From Vicugna vicugna (lineage: Eukaryota), in assembly GCA_013265495.1 (NCBI GenBank), contig MU058423.1:8541627-8605626 (forward strand): a DNA stretch of 64,000 nucleotides, read 5' to 3'. Both the position numbers and the translations under genes were made by a program. The notes under the pieces were generated by a model that saw only the letters and a list, made by a program, of their open reading frames with translations, searched no databases and was not told the origin of the DNA. Positions within the stretch are counted from its first letter, which is position 1, and each line of letters opens with the position of its first letter. Positions 37,890 to 51,103 of the stretch are shown piece by piece.

Positions 37890-40800
37890 AATAGCTACCA
37901 TTAATTGGCAGTTCCAGGAGAAAGATGCCAGGCTAGAAGGAACTTTTCTCTAGTATAACTCAGACCTGTGCACTTTGGGGAAAGAGAGGACCTCATGGCC
38001 TCAGTAACAAGTGGCTAGATTGAAGGAGGCAGTGCTTTAAGAAGACTTTATACACAATATTTATATGTTATTTCCTCCTAAGCCAATGATGGTAAGGCAG
38101 ATCTAGTTAACTGATAGCAGCTGCCTGAAGAAGCACTGAGAAGCAATGTGATGCTTTGTACAGGATGCTTAGAAGGAGGAAGAAATGGCAGCACCGACAG
38201 GCAGCCTTTGCTGCTGATCACAGGGTGAGATTGAGGAGGGAGGTGGAGACACAGGTACGTCGCGTCTGCTCTCCCTGATTTAAATACTGCCCTTGGTGTT
38301 CATTCAAACCTGACTTCCCTGTAAAGGAACGGCTCCCTCAACCTGGTTGCCGGGAGGAGCACTTGGTCTTTAACGTGACCAGTACAGAAATTCTTCCCTT
38401 ATAGCTTGCAGTGAGAAGTGGCCTGTTATTCAAATATGATACTGTAGCAAATGTAGCTATTCAATGTGTTTTAACAATTCTGTTTCAGATCTATAGTCTC
38501 AAAATGCAGTAAGGGCAGCCCCAAGCCTTCTAAATGACAGGACTTAAACTGGCTATCATGTATGTGTAGCCGGTTATACTGTCAATAGAAAAGGTGAATC
38601 ACTGTAACCTTAGGGGCCAGTCCATGACTCAGTTGATCCAGAGTGTAGTCATCTAAGTGATCCATTCACATCGCTGTGCAGTTGGTCATAAACACAGCAG
38701 GATCACCAGATGAATCTGTGACACTATGTGGACCCTTTTATTGTCTATTATTTTAACTCTATTCCTAGTCTTGCCTTTCTTATTCTTAAGTAAATAATAT
38801 TAACACAAAATAACTTACTTTGATGTATTTAGACTTCTGAAAAAAGTAATGGGAGTTAAGAAGAACCATAAAAAAATAGATGGGCTCTTTAGGAGGAAAA
38901 GGGAGGGGAAATCATGTAGGAAAGAGGGGGTAGCAGCTGATGAAAATGAGAAAAGCTGTGTAGCCCTTCTAAAATCGTAGTGGAAAGAATAAATTCCTCA
39001 AATGTGGGAAAATGCAAAGGCAAAAACTCTTAGAATACTATCTAGCACCTGGAAAAGACTCATAAAGAAAAGTGACCTTTCATTTGCAATTCTGGGATTC
39101 TGTATTTTGCAAAGAAGTAAATTCTAATGTGTGCTACTTAAAATTTTAATGGAGGAGGCTTACTCGAAGCAGTAGTGAACTGATTTGGATGGTGTTCTGA
39201 CTTAGTTTTGCTCCTGCCAGTAGTCCTGAGGTCTGTGTTTTGTCAATTTCTGAACCCAAACTAAATTTCTATTTCTCATCTAGAGAAAGCTTTATTGTCT
39301 GCTTGTTTAAATCATACATGCTGCCAGATTAAGAATATAGCTTCTGGTAATTGTTGCCAGAGTTCAGGAGGGTGATATTATCTAACAAGTGATGGTTTTT
39401 CTCCCAAGGCAAATCGACTCATTCTCCAAGTGCTTCCATAGAAACAGGGATGTGCGAAGGTATTTTAGTGCATAATATCTTTGGGAAAAAATCAGAGTTC
39501 TAGGACATCTTTTATTAAATAGTTTGGCCACAGAACTAAAAGCAGGAAGGTGACTTGTATGGCCTGAATTTGAGACCACATCTCACGACTTGCTCTCTCT
39601 CCTAGTCCCCAGACTGGGGATAATCCAGGTCTTTATTGGAAGGAAATGTTTCTTGAGTCTTAACCGGGCCTTAATTTGCATTGAATTTGAGTTTATTCTT
39701 TGAAAGTTTCAGGCATTTCTTATTGTTTGTGAAGTTGAAGACCATGCAAATGTAGATTCCCTCACTCCTTTCAGCCACAAAGGGTTGTGAGCACTTACTC
39801 CAAAAACGGCCAGGCGCCCTTCTGAGCTACAAAGACCACAGAAACAGCCCTCGAGGTGCAGTCAGACTCAAAAAGGAGCTGGAGGCACGGTCAGCAGTTG
39901 TAACACCTGGAAAAAAGTCAGTAGCACTATATTCCCGGTTTCCAGGAGCACTGAGGATGCAGGGTGATGACAGAACATTCACTAGGGAAGGGATGTTGGA
40001 AAGAGACTGGAGGAGGTGGGGAGGGAGGGCAGAGGGTAAGCGTTTGCCAGGGGGAGAGGAAGGGCTTCGTAATAGAGAAGTTACCACGCACCGACACGTG
40101 GAGACACGGGTCAGCACGCTGGCTGTAGCTACTCTAAGAGGAAAGTCCTTTTGGAATTGGGTGCCACACGTGCCTTTGCCTCAGTTTGAACAATGTCACC
40201 TACGTGCTGTAAAGTGCTCACCAGGTGTACACTCTCTTCTGACTCTTCTTGCATGTTCATAGAGGGGAAGCCCGGGTTCTGAACTGGACTCTGTGTTCCA
40301 CCTTGGAATGTTTTCATCTCGTGGCAGCTGAACGCCCCTCTCTGAGCATCTACATTGTGTAATCATCAGTTTTTAGGCCAGTACATAGTTAGGAGGATGA
40401 GCCAGAGGAGAAGACAATCTGTACAATATGAAGCAAATTGCGTAGTGAGATGGCAGAATGGTTATTATTCTTCCACCATCTGTGGCATTAAAATGAAAAT
40501 GACAGTTTCTCAGTGCATGACATGAAGCCGCTCGTTCCTTTTCTACTCTATGAGTCAGAGGACATAACTCATCTTTGTTCATGCTGTGCCCTGGCTATTT
40601 GTTTTCCGCTTTTGTCTGGATAATTACTGCTTTTCAATCTGAAGGAACTAGCCTGGAGAAAAGAAATCTTCACTCAACAGTGGTCATTTTAAGGACCTTT
40701 GCAAGATGATGTAGTAAATAACTGAATAGCAGGTTGTTGAAAATTCAAATCGCCTAGCCCATTTAAAAACTGCAGACCTAGAGAATTTGCTAATTGTCGT

Positions 40801-40924
40801 TTCATTGTATTGTCTACTTTCTCACTCTATCATATATCCGCATTTAAGAGAATTTCTTAAAGTTTCAAATAATGCTTTACCAAAAGCTACCCCAATTCTC
40901 AGATATTTAAAAAATCTGAGATAA

Positions 40925-41470
40925 TGACCCATGCCACTCCCAGGTAGATACCCAAGAGAAATGAAAACATAGGTTCACATAAAAACTTGTACATGAATGT
41001 TCATAACAGCATTATTCATCATAGAAAAAGGTGGAAGCAACTCAAATGTCCAGCAACTGATGAACAGATAAGCAAAATGTGGTATATCTGTGCAATAGAA
41101 TGTTATTTGGCACTTAAAAAAAAATGAGGTACTAATGCAGACTATGACAGGGGTGAGCCTTGAAAACCTTATGCTAAGTGAAAAAAGCCAGATACAAAGG
41201 CCACATAGTGTATGATTCCATTTGTATGAAATGTCCAGAATAGACAAATCTAGGGAGTAGATGAGTGTTTGCCTGGTGCTGGGAATGAGAGGAACTGGGA
41301 ATGAGGAGTGACTGCTAGTGAATAGGTCTCGGATTTCTTTTTAGTATGTGAAAAATGTTGTAAAATTAGATTTGGTTGCACAATTCTGTGAGCATACTAA
41401 AAGCTATTGAACTGCATACTCCAAGTGGGTGAAATTTATGTTATGTGAAATAAATCTTAATAAATGTGTG
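40925..41470 (+). mobile_element. L1MB-like 3' end fragment
   Basis: ACCCAAGAGAAATGAAAACAT...AAAACTTGTACATGAATGTTCATAACAGCATTATTCAT...ATGCTAAGTGAAAAAAGCCAGA. Confidence 0.85.
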
Positions 41471-41907
41471 AAACAAAAACCCCAACATACCAATATGATT
41501 ACAATACTCACATAATCTTACAGGTACCTTAGTGGCAGTCTTGTATACTGATTGTTGACGCGTCCTGGCGGGACCTACCATAACACAGTGGAGAGAGTCA
41601 TGGACTGTGTCAGCAGATGTGTGTTCTTGCCCTGGCTCTGCTGCCGGTTAACTGCATGCAGCTGCATGAGTCCAGGCAAATGCCTTATGCCTAGACCTTG
41701 AGTTCTTTACCTATGAGACAAGGAAGTTGGCGTAGGAGGGCTCTGAGCTTTCAGTTTTCTTAGTTTATGTGTTTGTATAATAAGGCATATAAATATTGGA
41801 GCAGTTTTGGAGGCATTGCTTTATCCCTCATTGTCTGAGTGTAATAAATAACAGGGGGGATTTCAGAGGCTGCCTGGCTGGCAGTCCTCCCCCCATCACA
41901 TTCAGAG

Positions 41908-42120
41908 CAGCGCTTCTCAACCTCAGCGTTACTGGCTTGTTAGGCTGGATAAGTCTTTGCTGTGGGAACTGTCTTGTCCGTTGTAGGATGTTGAGCAGCA
42001 ACCCTGACGTCTGTTTCCCAGATAGCAGTAGCATCTCCTCTCCCCACTCATAGCAATCAGAAATGTCTCCCGACTTTGCCGAATGTCCCCTGGAGAGCAA
42101 AATTGTCCCCAGTTGAAAGA
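41908..42120 (+). mobile_element. MER20 hAT MITE
   Basis: CAGCGCTTCTCAACCT...TGTAGGATGTTGAGCAGCA...AAATGTCTCC...AATGTCCCCTGG. Confidence 0.8.
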
Positions 42121-44776
42121 AAATCTCTCAGTCTAAAAGATGCTAAATAACACTATCAGAATAACTAAAAGGCTGTGCCCTCTACCCACAAAGAATAAAT
42201 AAGTTAACAGATGTGCAGAAAATATCTTTTGGGGTCTCTGATTTTTCAGATGATTAGGAGAAAAAGAAGGATGTGTTTGGTTTTTCTGGCATTTACTGTG
42301 TTTATCAAAGTCCGTATTTAACCTGCTGCTGTCGTGGATGGGAGAAGGGCAAAAAGGAATAGCCTGAGAGCTGGCAGATCTGTTTTGGAATGAGACATGG
42401 TGCCAGTAAATACGTACAGATATAATTTTAAATTTAAAAAATTTAATTCTTGGTTCTTTAAGATGTAGGTTATCCAGGTGTGTTCTTTCTCATACCCCCA
42501 ACTCAAAGGTCAAAGCTGTGAATTAGATAGGTTCTCCTCTAGACAAAGAGCAGCAGAAAGCTATAAACTGAGATCCAAACAGCTATGAAGTCATCATCCC
42601 TCTCCAGACTGTCCTGAAGCTGTTCCCGCAGGCCTGCAGCAGAGTGCCCGACTTCAGCTGCTCTTCAAGAACAGAGATGCCACTGGCACGGCAGCCTGTA
42701 AAGTTCTTGTTCTTCTTGCTTTTCTATAGACTTAACATGGTACCTAATTTTATTGGGCTGTATCATTTAATAAATGCTGCCTGAAATGTTTACACTGTCT
42801 TTCCAAAGATGTAAAGTATTCCTAACTCCCCAAACATTTTTGATGCCGGTAAAATAGGGGATTGGCAGCTACCCTGAGAGAGGACATTTCAGGGATGGGT
42901 ATGGAGGGGAACTCCCACTTAAAAGTATAGATAAAAGTCAAACAGTCATTCGTGATTATCTTTGACAATATATATTCATAGCAGGCTATAGAGGTGAATC
43001 TTCATTACTTTTTCTCCACTAGAACTGCCCGGTAGGTATCAGTGTCTGCTTTAGAAACTAGAGACACTGCTGTGTACGTTTTACAACATGCTGTTCCCAC
43101 TCAGCTATAGAAAATGAACATTAAGCTCTTAATCAGGTCATACTTTAATGCAGTTGTCAGATGATCCTTAACTCTGAGTGCTTCTAGCTGGCCATTTTTA
43201 TGCAGAACTGAAGAATCTATTTTATGATACCTGCTTTTGATTCAGTTCTAGAAGGATTTTTAATGGCTTCGAACCAAGATTATTAATTCATAACGGTTTC
43301 ACTTTGTTTACCACATTCACAGTATGTGTTGTTTTAGTAAGAAGTGCATACAATGAAAACATCGTACTCTCAAACCTCAAATTACTGTCCTTGAAAAATA
43401 ATCATGGTAAAGCTGAGGTTACTTCCGAAGTAATTCACTGTATTCAGATCTTAGCATGAGGCCATGGGGAAAGGGGAAGTGCAAAGCTGCTTTCCTTAAC
43501 AACAGGCTGCAGAGAGAGTCCAGGAGAAGGTATCACTGAAAGCTCTCCAAAAAGATTACTACAAGGGAACATTGCTGCTTAGATCTGGACTTCTGAAAAG
43601 TGAGAGCTACAGAATGACAGTGACTGTTCCCTCAGCCTTATGAATAAGCCCTTCCTTGGCCTGCACGTGCCTCAGCGTGCCCTCAGGTGCCATTGCGGAC
43701 TGACCATGCCCTCCCCACCCTGCAGTTCTCCAGTCCCCGCTCTGGTAAACTTCAGAGGGAAGTGTCGAAGGCACAGTCTGTCTGGGCTCTCTGTGTCCCT
43801 GCTGAGCTGTATAGAGGAGAACTGTTTCTGCAGCTGCATTACACACCTCACAGCATGAAACACGTGATCGTCAGTGGGGAATGTGTTCGTCACTTTAGCT
43901 CCATCACTGCCAAGGCTCCTCGATGAAAAAACGGAAGATTGACTGGACACCATTTGCATAGGGAAAATGCCAAATTTCGCTTGGAATCTAATCTGTTAGA
44001 TGAGGTTTAGATTCCAGTCTTAGGCCTAGCTGCAAACACCCAGCTTAAACCGCGGGTGCCCGATCAAGAGCTTACACACACGCGGTGCACTTCTCCGTGA
44101 AGGTGGAGTCAACCCAAAATAAACCGTACAGAGGCAGTGGCGAACAAGGAAGAACAGTGACGGTGGCCTTGTGCAGTTTGCACGCCACAGCTATGAGTTA
44201 GCAAAAGAAGTCTCTTCCAGCTTTACCACGCTTGTCTGTGTTAAGGAATAGATACGAGTGTATTTGCTGTATAGCCTGAGAAGAAAAATTGTATCAAAGA
44301 TAGAGAGGATAGACTGCATCAACTAAAGTCATCAAGCAGAATAATACCTCATTCTTCCTGGTTCTAAGAGATCTTTTTTTTTTTCTTTAAAGGTATTTTT
44401 TAGATGTTTAGAAACTCCTGGTTGGTTTTTGTTTTCCATCTGTTCCTAAGTCAGGCTTCTGTACTTGAATGGAGCAATAGCGTAGTCCAAAGAGAATGCT
44501 GAGACATGTAAGAAGGCTGGCTGCCAGAGCACAGAACAAGAACATCCCTAGAAAGCCTGTGCAGGCTCGCGCAGGAGCAAGTAAAGCAAGAAGATCAAAA
44601 ACCGAAACAGCAGAACAATTTATAAAAAAAACCACAACAATTGAAAGCCAGCAGTACTCCAGAAGGGGGAGGCAGTAGGGGTGATAATGAAACTGTATTG
44701 GAAGCCAAGAAATCAGAGCCCTGGGTCTCTGTAAAGCTGTATGGGATTTAACCTTTCCTGGCATTTATGACTGAGA

Positions 44777-44948
44777 TTTGGGTTTTTTTTTTAATTGAAA
44801 TACAATCAATTACAATGTGTCAGTTTCTGGTGTACAGCCCAATGTCCCAGTCATGCATATGCACACATATATTCGTTTTCATATTCTTTTGCATTGAAGG
44901 TTATTACAAGATTTTCAGCATAGTTCCCTGTGTTATTATACAGAAGAA
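44777..44948 (-). mobile_element. Young lineage-specific L1 3' end with target-site duplication
   Basis: Poly-T then AATTGAAATACAATCAATTACAATGTGTCAGTTTCTGGTGTACAGC; TATGACTGAGA at 44766-44776 and 44949-44959. Confidence 0.8.
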
Positions 44949-46309
44949 TATGACTGAGAATTTTGATCAGACAAAAAATTTTGACCAATGAATATCCAGG
45001 CCACGTTCATCAGTAGTTGCTCACCTGGTATTCTGTCGCCAGCCCAAGCAGATGCCTTAGGGACAGTGAGGGACAGGAAAACATACAGCCGATTACAGTG
45101 CCTCGTGTTCTGTGATCCCTGTGTTCTGTGGGAGAGGACACTGGGGAGGCTCAAGAGCCTACCTCCGTGCAACTAGATTTGCACCTGGCAGTGCCCTCCC
45201 CAGCCCACAGTGATGAGCAGCCTGGGCTCTGGGAGCAGTTTTTCCTGGGAATAAACCCTAGATCCATTACTTAAGTTGCTTAGTGATCCTGAGAAAGTTT
45301 CTTTGACCTCTGAAAGCATCCAAACTATTAAATGGGAATAATGGGAATAATAATAGTAAACAAGATAAACAAGATTCTGTCATTCCCCTGATCAAAACCC
45401 TCCAATGGCTTCTCATCGCACTTAGTCACATAGAATAAACTCCATCCTCCTTACTCAGGACAGCACCCCCTATAATCCCACCCTAGTTTATGTCATTCTC
45501 GTTTACTTTCTTCATTATCTCTATCCTAAATTAGCTTTAAGTTTATTTACTTTGTTGTCTGTCTCTCGCTACTATTTCCTCTGCTACTAGCAGCAGAGGA
45601 TTTATCTATCTGATTCATTGCTGTATTCACAGAACCTGAACAGTGCCTGGGATAGTAAGTGCTCAGTAATTACATGTTTAATCTATTGAGTAAGTAAGTA
45701 CATACTGTGACATGCAGAGCACATAGTACAGGGCCTCACAGTAATAAACCCACTATAATTGCTTGCTGCTGCTCTGCTGCGACTGTCACCTGTCTCGTGT
45801 ATATTAGGGTTCTGCATATGATTTTACTTGGAAAAAAGTTTGCTACCAAAAATTAAATTTAAAGTTGGTATACTAAAGTATACAAATGTCAGAACATCGT
45901 TTTACCCCTTAAATATATACAATTTTTATGTGTCAGTGATATCTCAGTAAAGCTATTTAAAGAATCTAGTATACTGCAAGGACAAATATAACCCTTTTTG
46001 AATAAATAATCTGAGTCCCAAATTTTTATTGGTGAAATGAGGGCAAAATTTAAAATACACTATTTAATCCTTCCTGTTTAGTGGGTAGGTGAGTTTTCGT
46101 CTGCAGCTGCAAAGCAAGCAGGCCCAGAAGGGAAGGTTTCCTCACTGTATTTTTTATCTTAGCGCACATCACCTTACCAAAGTGGCAGGGAGAACTGAAC
46201 TTGAATCAACTAAAAGAAGATTAACCTCTCTCCTTAAGAAGGCAAAACAAAAGCGTGGTAACTGGTAAGAATGCCAAGATTCTGCATTTTCTTTCCATTT
46301 CTGCCGCAG

Positions 46310-46737
46310 GTGTTGCCACATCGGCAAACTCCCTGGAAGAGTGATGGGGATTCGCGTGCTCCGTTTCTCGTTGGTGGTGATCCTCGTGTTACTGCTGGTA
46401 GCGGGGGCTCTGACCACTTTGCTTCCTAACATCAAAGAAGACAAGATGCTCGCTTTGCGCAGGGAAATCAAATCCCAGGGCAAGTCCACCCTGGACTCCT
46501 TTACTCTCATAATGCAGACATACAACAGAACAGACCTCTTATTTAGACTTTTAAATCATTATCAGGCGATACCATATCTGCACAAAGTGATTGTAGTGTG
46601 GAACAATGTTGGGGAGAAGGGCCCAGATGAGTTGTGGAATTCCCTAGGGCCTCACCCGGTCCCGGTGATCTTCAAATTACAGACAACAAACAGGGTGAGA
46701 AATCGACTCCAGGTCTTCCCTGAACTGGAAACCAATG
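46310..46737 (+). CDS. EXTL2: Exostosin-like 2 coding exon (428 nt): TM anchor and start of GT64 domain
   Basis: Acceptor CTGCCGCAG, donor GTGAGT; encodes CCHIGKLPGRVMGIRVLRFSLVVILVLLLVAGAL...SFTLIMQTYNRTDLL...VIVVWNN...RNRLQVFPELETN. Confidence 0.97.
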
Positions 46738-47400
46738 GTGAGTTACAGCTGGGTTCTTAGCCTGGTAGGGTTGCAGCGAACCAGAGCTGGGGGCGAGTGT
46801 GTGGCTTTTTGGCCTTCTGCTTGTCTCAACTGTCCAGAGAAAACAGGGAAATTTTATCACAATTGGGAAAATAGGGAATTTTAATCAGAAAACATTTTGA
46901 AAAACTTAAAGGGCAGTTTCTGAGATGTCAAGAAGCAGTCACCTGGGGAAGAAATCACGCACATCTTGCAACAAAGACAAAGAGGTTAATTCTGAGAAAG
47001 AGATATGCTGTGATTACACATTACTGCGTCACAGAAGGCAGTAAAATGCCATTTAACTTATGCTTAGTGTATTTTTTACCACCTCCTTTTCCTCCCATTC
47101 ATAGCAGTTACACGAGATTATAATTTACTTAAAAGGACGTCGGTTTTATTTATTTATAGGTTCATTAATTTCTAGCATAATGGTTGATAATGACAGGATA
47201 CTTTCCCCCTCAGAAGGTTAAAAAATCAATTACAATTCAAACAGAAACTTTTTCTGCTAGACAAATCTGTCCAATAACACCATTTTTATTTACTGATTTC
47301 ATTCAGAAAATACTCTCATTTGAATGATCTGTTTTGTATCTCACTAGTTTTGCTTTTATTTCCACACTGTTTCATTTAAATTGTTTTCCTCTCATTTCAG

Positions 47401-47471
47401 CGGTGTTAATGATAGATGACGACATGCTAATTAGCGCCCAAGACCTCGTTTTTGCTTTCTCCGTTTGGCAG
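47401..47471 (+). CDS. EXTL2: EXTL2 coding exon (71 nt) with the DXD motif
   Basis: Acceptor CATTTCAG, donor GTAATG; encodes AVLMIDDDMLISAQDLVFAFSVWQ. Confidence 0.96.
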
Positions 47472-47729
47472 GTAATGTTGCCATGTCCTTCATGAAATCA
47501 TCAGTATAAAGTCTGATCTAGTGTTGAACCAGGGCAGCATGGTTTAATGTGGTAGTCACTCAAAGCAGTGTAGGTAATATTTATCTAAAAGGCAAATTAA
47601 TTTGTCATGAAGTAATCAGATCTCCTGAGCTCACTTAAGCTAACCTGAAAGTTACAGTATCTTTTATCAATATTTGATTTGTATTTGGTACGTTGGGAGA
47701 AGAGCTAGAACTGTCTCCCAAAGAACAGT

Positions 47730-47791
47730 GAGGAAGCGATCTGGTGTGTGGTACGGCGGGGAGGAAGCGATCTGGTGTGTGGTACAGCAGA
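47730..47791. repeat. Tandem duplication, 2 x 31 bp
   Basis: GAGGAAGCGATCTGGTGTGTGGTAC at 47730 and 47761. Confidence 0.92.
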
Positions 47792-48627
47792 GACTAGAAT
47801 CCAGTGATGCTTTCTGCAAGGTAGTAGACCTGTGTATCTCAAATGAGAAGTGCATTTCCATATTAATATTGTCTAGAACTTTCTTTGAAAGAAAGCTTTT
47901 ATTACATCCACAGAACTTAACTCTGATTCTGAGACTATTGTTTAAAAATTGATAATATTAATAATAATTCTACATGCACCATTGTGGGGGCAGGTTTTTT
48001 CTCTCCTAAATCCCAGCTGGGATAAACAGGTATAAATTGCTTGGTATTCTATAAAAACACCTCTTTCCTAGTGAATATGTGTTAGTAGCTGGCTTTTACA
48101 AATTACACTACAATTACCTGAAACCAGACCTGCATACAAATACTCTGAAACCCTGTCAAATAATTTAACCATTAAAAAAAATTCAACACTGTGTACCCAG
48201 TAAATGGTCTCACTTGCACGGTGGTAACTCTCTTGAATAAGTGACTTGGGATGTAACAACCTTAGATATTAATGATAAGTGGTCACAGAACTCTGCAGAT
48301 ACCAGCCTTCTCAAAACTCCACTTTTTAATTTCATGCCTGGTGTTCTGATCAACACATTTTTTCCATATCAGCAATTTTTCCAGCCCTGTAAATTATAGA
48401 CAGAAAATTCTTATGCCATACTCCAGCTATGAGATTTCTATTTCAGGTGAAAAAATCAATTTACTGAAAATGTCAGTGTGGGAGGAAATAATGAGACCTA
48501 TGGTTAATTAGAACAATCCAAGTAAACCACAATTGAAGATGGATAAATACGATTTTAGGATTTGATATTTTATAAAAATACCAAGAATGGTTTCAATCTA
48601 TTGTGCAAGATGATCTGACTCCTAAAG

Positions 48628-48660
48628 TTCAGTGCCATCAGTGCCCAGCAGGGGGCAGTG
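48628..48660 (+). promoter_or_regulatory. CTCF binding site (core plus upstream module)
   Basis: CCAGCAGGGGGCAG at 48645-48658 matches CCASYAGRKGGCRS; TTCAGTGCC upstream. Confidence 0.65.
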
Positions 48661-49071
48661 ATTTGGAGAACAGAGGCCAGCAAATTACAGCAGACACGTA
48701 TCTATCTATGCCTTTGCCCATGCCCATGACCCCCACCTCACAGAGTCAATTGCTCTTGCAGCAAACTTGGAAAAACCAGGCTCTCTGGTGGTAATAATTT
48801 ATTAATATCAGATAAGGTTTGAATTAGGAGAGTATTTGTGAGGTTAGAAATTTTGTTACAGATTTAGGTTATGGTGACATTTGACCTTTAAACTTACTAA
48901 GATGTAGATTTATGAAGTTGCCTGGAGTTAAGAGAAATCGAGACGTAGAAGCCAGGAATAAAATAATGTTGGCAAATCAGTTTGGTTCTTTCTGTGATAA
49001 ATCATTGTCTTTTTCACCATGTCAGCTCTAAAGAAATGCCACACTCAGTTGTTCTTTTTCTGTCTTTTCAG

Positions 49072-49560
49072 CAATTTCCTGATCAGATTGTAGGATTTGT
49101 TCCTAGAAAGCATGTCTCTACCTCCTCAGGTGTCTACAGTTATGGAGGTTTTGAACTGCAAACACCAGGCTCTGGAACTGGTGACCACTACTCTCTGGTG
49201 CTCATTGGAGCCTCATTCTTCAGCAGCAAATACCTTGAGCTCTTTCAGAGACAGCCTGCAGTCATCCATGCTTTGATAGACGAAATGCAAAACTGTGATG
49301 ATATTGCCATGAATTTCATCATTGCCAAGCACAATGGGAAGCCTTCAGGGGTATTTGTGAAGCCTGTAAACATGGGCAGTTTAGAAAAAGAAACCAACGG
49401 TGGCTATTCCGGAATGTGGCACCGAGCTGAGCACTTCCTGCAGAGGTCTTACTGCATCAATAAGCTTGCTGCTATCTATGACGGCATGCCCTTAAAGTAC
49501 TCCAATATTATGATTTCTCAGTTTGGTTTCCCGTACGCCAACCACAAGAGTAAAATGTGA
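49072..49560 (+). CDS. EXTL2: EXTL2 last coding exon (489 nt incl. TGA)
   Basis: Acceptor TCTTTTCAG; encodes QFPDQIVGFVPRKH...QNCDDIAMNF...HFLQRSYCINKL...YANHKSKM*; total CDS 993 nt = 330 aa. Confidence 0.97.
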   Translation, partial: QFPDQIVGFVPRKHVSTSSGVYSYGGFELQTPGSGTGDHYSLVLIGASFFSSKYLELFQRQPAVIHALIDEMQNCDDIAMNFIIAKHNGKPSGVFVKPVNMGSLEKETNGGYSGMWHRAEHFLQRSYCINKLAAIYDGMPLKYSNIMISQFGFPYANHKSKM

Positions 49561-51092
49561 AAGCAAAACAAACAAAAGCGAACCTCAGAACTGCTTAGTA
49601 TTTGAGTAGCTTCTTCGTGCTATGGTTGGTTTTTTGTTTTCTGGTGTTTTAAAGCAACATCACGAACTTTTTTTTCCACCCTAGAAGTCTCTACAAAGGG
49701 AAAAAAAATGCATAGTGCTTCTAGGATGTAAAATTCATGTGAACGTCAAAAACCACGAAGCTGGTATTATCCAGACAGATCTTCTTGTGAGGAGTTCTCG
49801 TCCACGGATATAATCCCTTTGTTGGCAATTTTATTGTCTATGTTCTGAGACCGGTCTACAATTTTTTGACTCCTGGCACTTACCTCAAGCTGTTTCCATG
49901 ATCAGAAACTCCAGAGAATCATTTCTCAGCTTTTTCACTAAAGGATGGTTGTTTTCATTTGAAGCCTCTTTAGCAAAAGCCTGCGGTGTCGGCAAAAACC
50001 GTGTGAAGAGAGAATAGTCTCAATCCCATATAAAAGCAAATGGGAAATTTGTGTCAACGAGTCGTCATTGCTTCCCTTGCGGTCCTTCCAGCCATCCTGT
50101 TCCAGGACTAACTCATCTTGGCATGGTTTTTATGCAGCCATCGGTGCTTTTATTTCTGTTGATAAGTCTGTTGTGACTGGGAGGGGTAATTTTAGTAGCT
50201 GAAGGATGTCTAGTTGTTTGCTTAACTTTTGTGAACATTTACTGCATGGATCGCAAAAAAGTACAGCCTATGTTTCTTATATGCAACAAGGAGTAAATGT
50301 GTTACTAGATTCAGGTCATGCACTTTGTCACTGAATCTGACTTTGAGATTGTACATTAATTCTTGTATTTTACACAAAATATGTATTGTTTAAGAAACAC
50401 ATATAAAGTAACCTTTCTGAAAAAGTGGTTAAATAGGGACTGGCAGAAATTAAAACCCTTAGTATCAAAGGATCTTTATTGTTACAAAGCATAGGTTATC
50501 TCGTGAATACTAAAGGGTTGTGTGTATTACACACAAAGTCAATCTCTTGCATTCAGAACTTCTCCCCTCAACCCCCCAAAAAGATCCAAAGCTCATGCTG
50601 ATATTTCAGTCACTTACATAGATACTGGAAAAAATAAGGGACCTGAGTCATAGCAGAGGAATTCCACAGGGAGTGTGCACCAGTTAATGGTTAAGTTGCC
50701 CACTCTGTTATATGAATTAGTATCTGATCCACACAGTGTCTGTGTTTCGTCCTTGTTCACTGCTGGTGGCAAGGAATACTTAATTAGGCCTCTGTCTGTC
50801 ACCTTTCCCTCTTCCTATTCCCCCTCCTGCTCCCACTATGCCATTATATTGTCACAGTAGCAAAGTGGTGAAAATATGAAAACAATCATGGTTAATGTTC
50901 CAGCAATGAGGTCTCTGTGCAGTTAGCTCGGGGTCTGTTGTTCCTTTACATTGGTGTGTATTATGTGTCTTACTGCAATCAGAGAAAACCAGTAGAACTC
51001 AGAACCTCACTGAAAATCTATAGTGTTCATTATCTGCTTTGTCCAACCTGGGTAGTGATTTTTTTTGCCTCTTGAGAGTCTGCTGACAGATA

Positions 51093-51103
51093 AATAAAAT
51101 AAA
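51093..51103 (+). terminator. Candidate EXTL2 polyadenylation signal (overlapping AATAAA x2)
   Basis: AATAAAATAAA about 1.5 kb after the stop codon, followed by GT-rich sequence. Confidence 0.5.

Noticed and set aside
44408..44764. Overlapping ORFs (118 aa minus, 60 aa plus) that might be a processed pseudogene fragment
   Set aside because: No protein family recognised, no poly-A or TSD visible; a BLASTX search would settle it.
48982..49071. N-terminal extension of the 192-aa ORF
   Set aside because: Intronic read-through upstream of the acceptor at 49071; includes the polypyrimidine tract.
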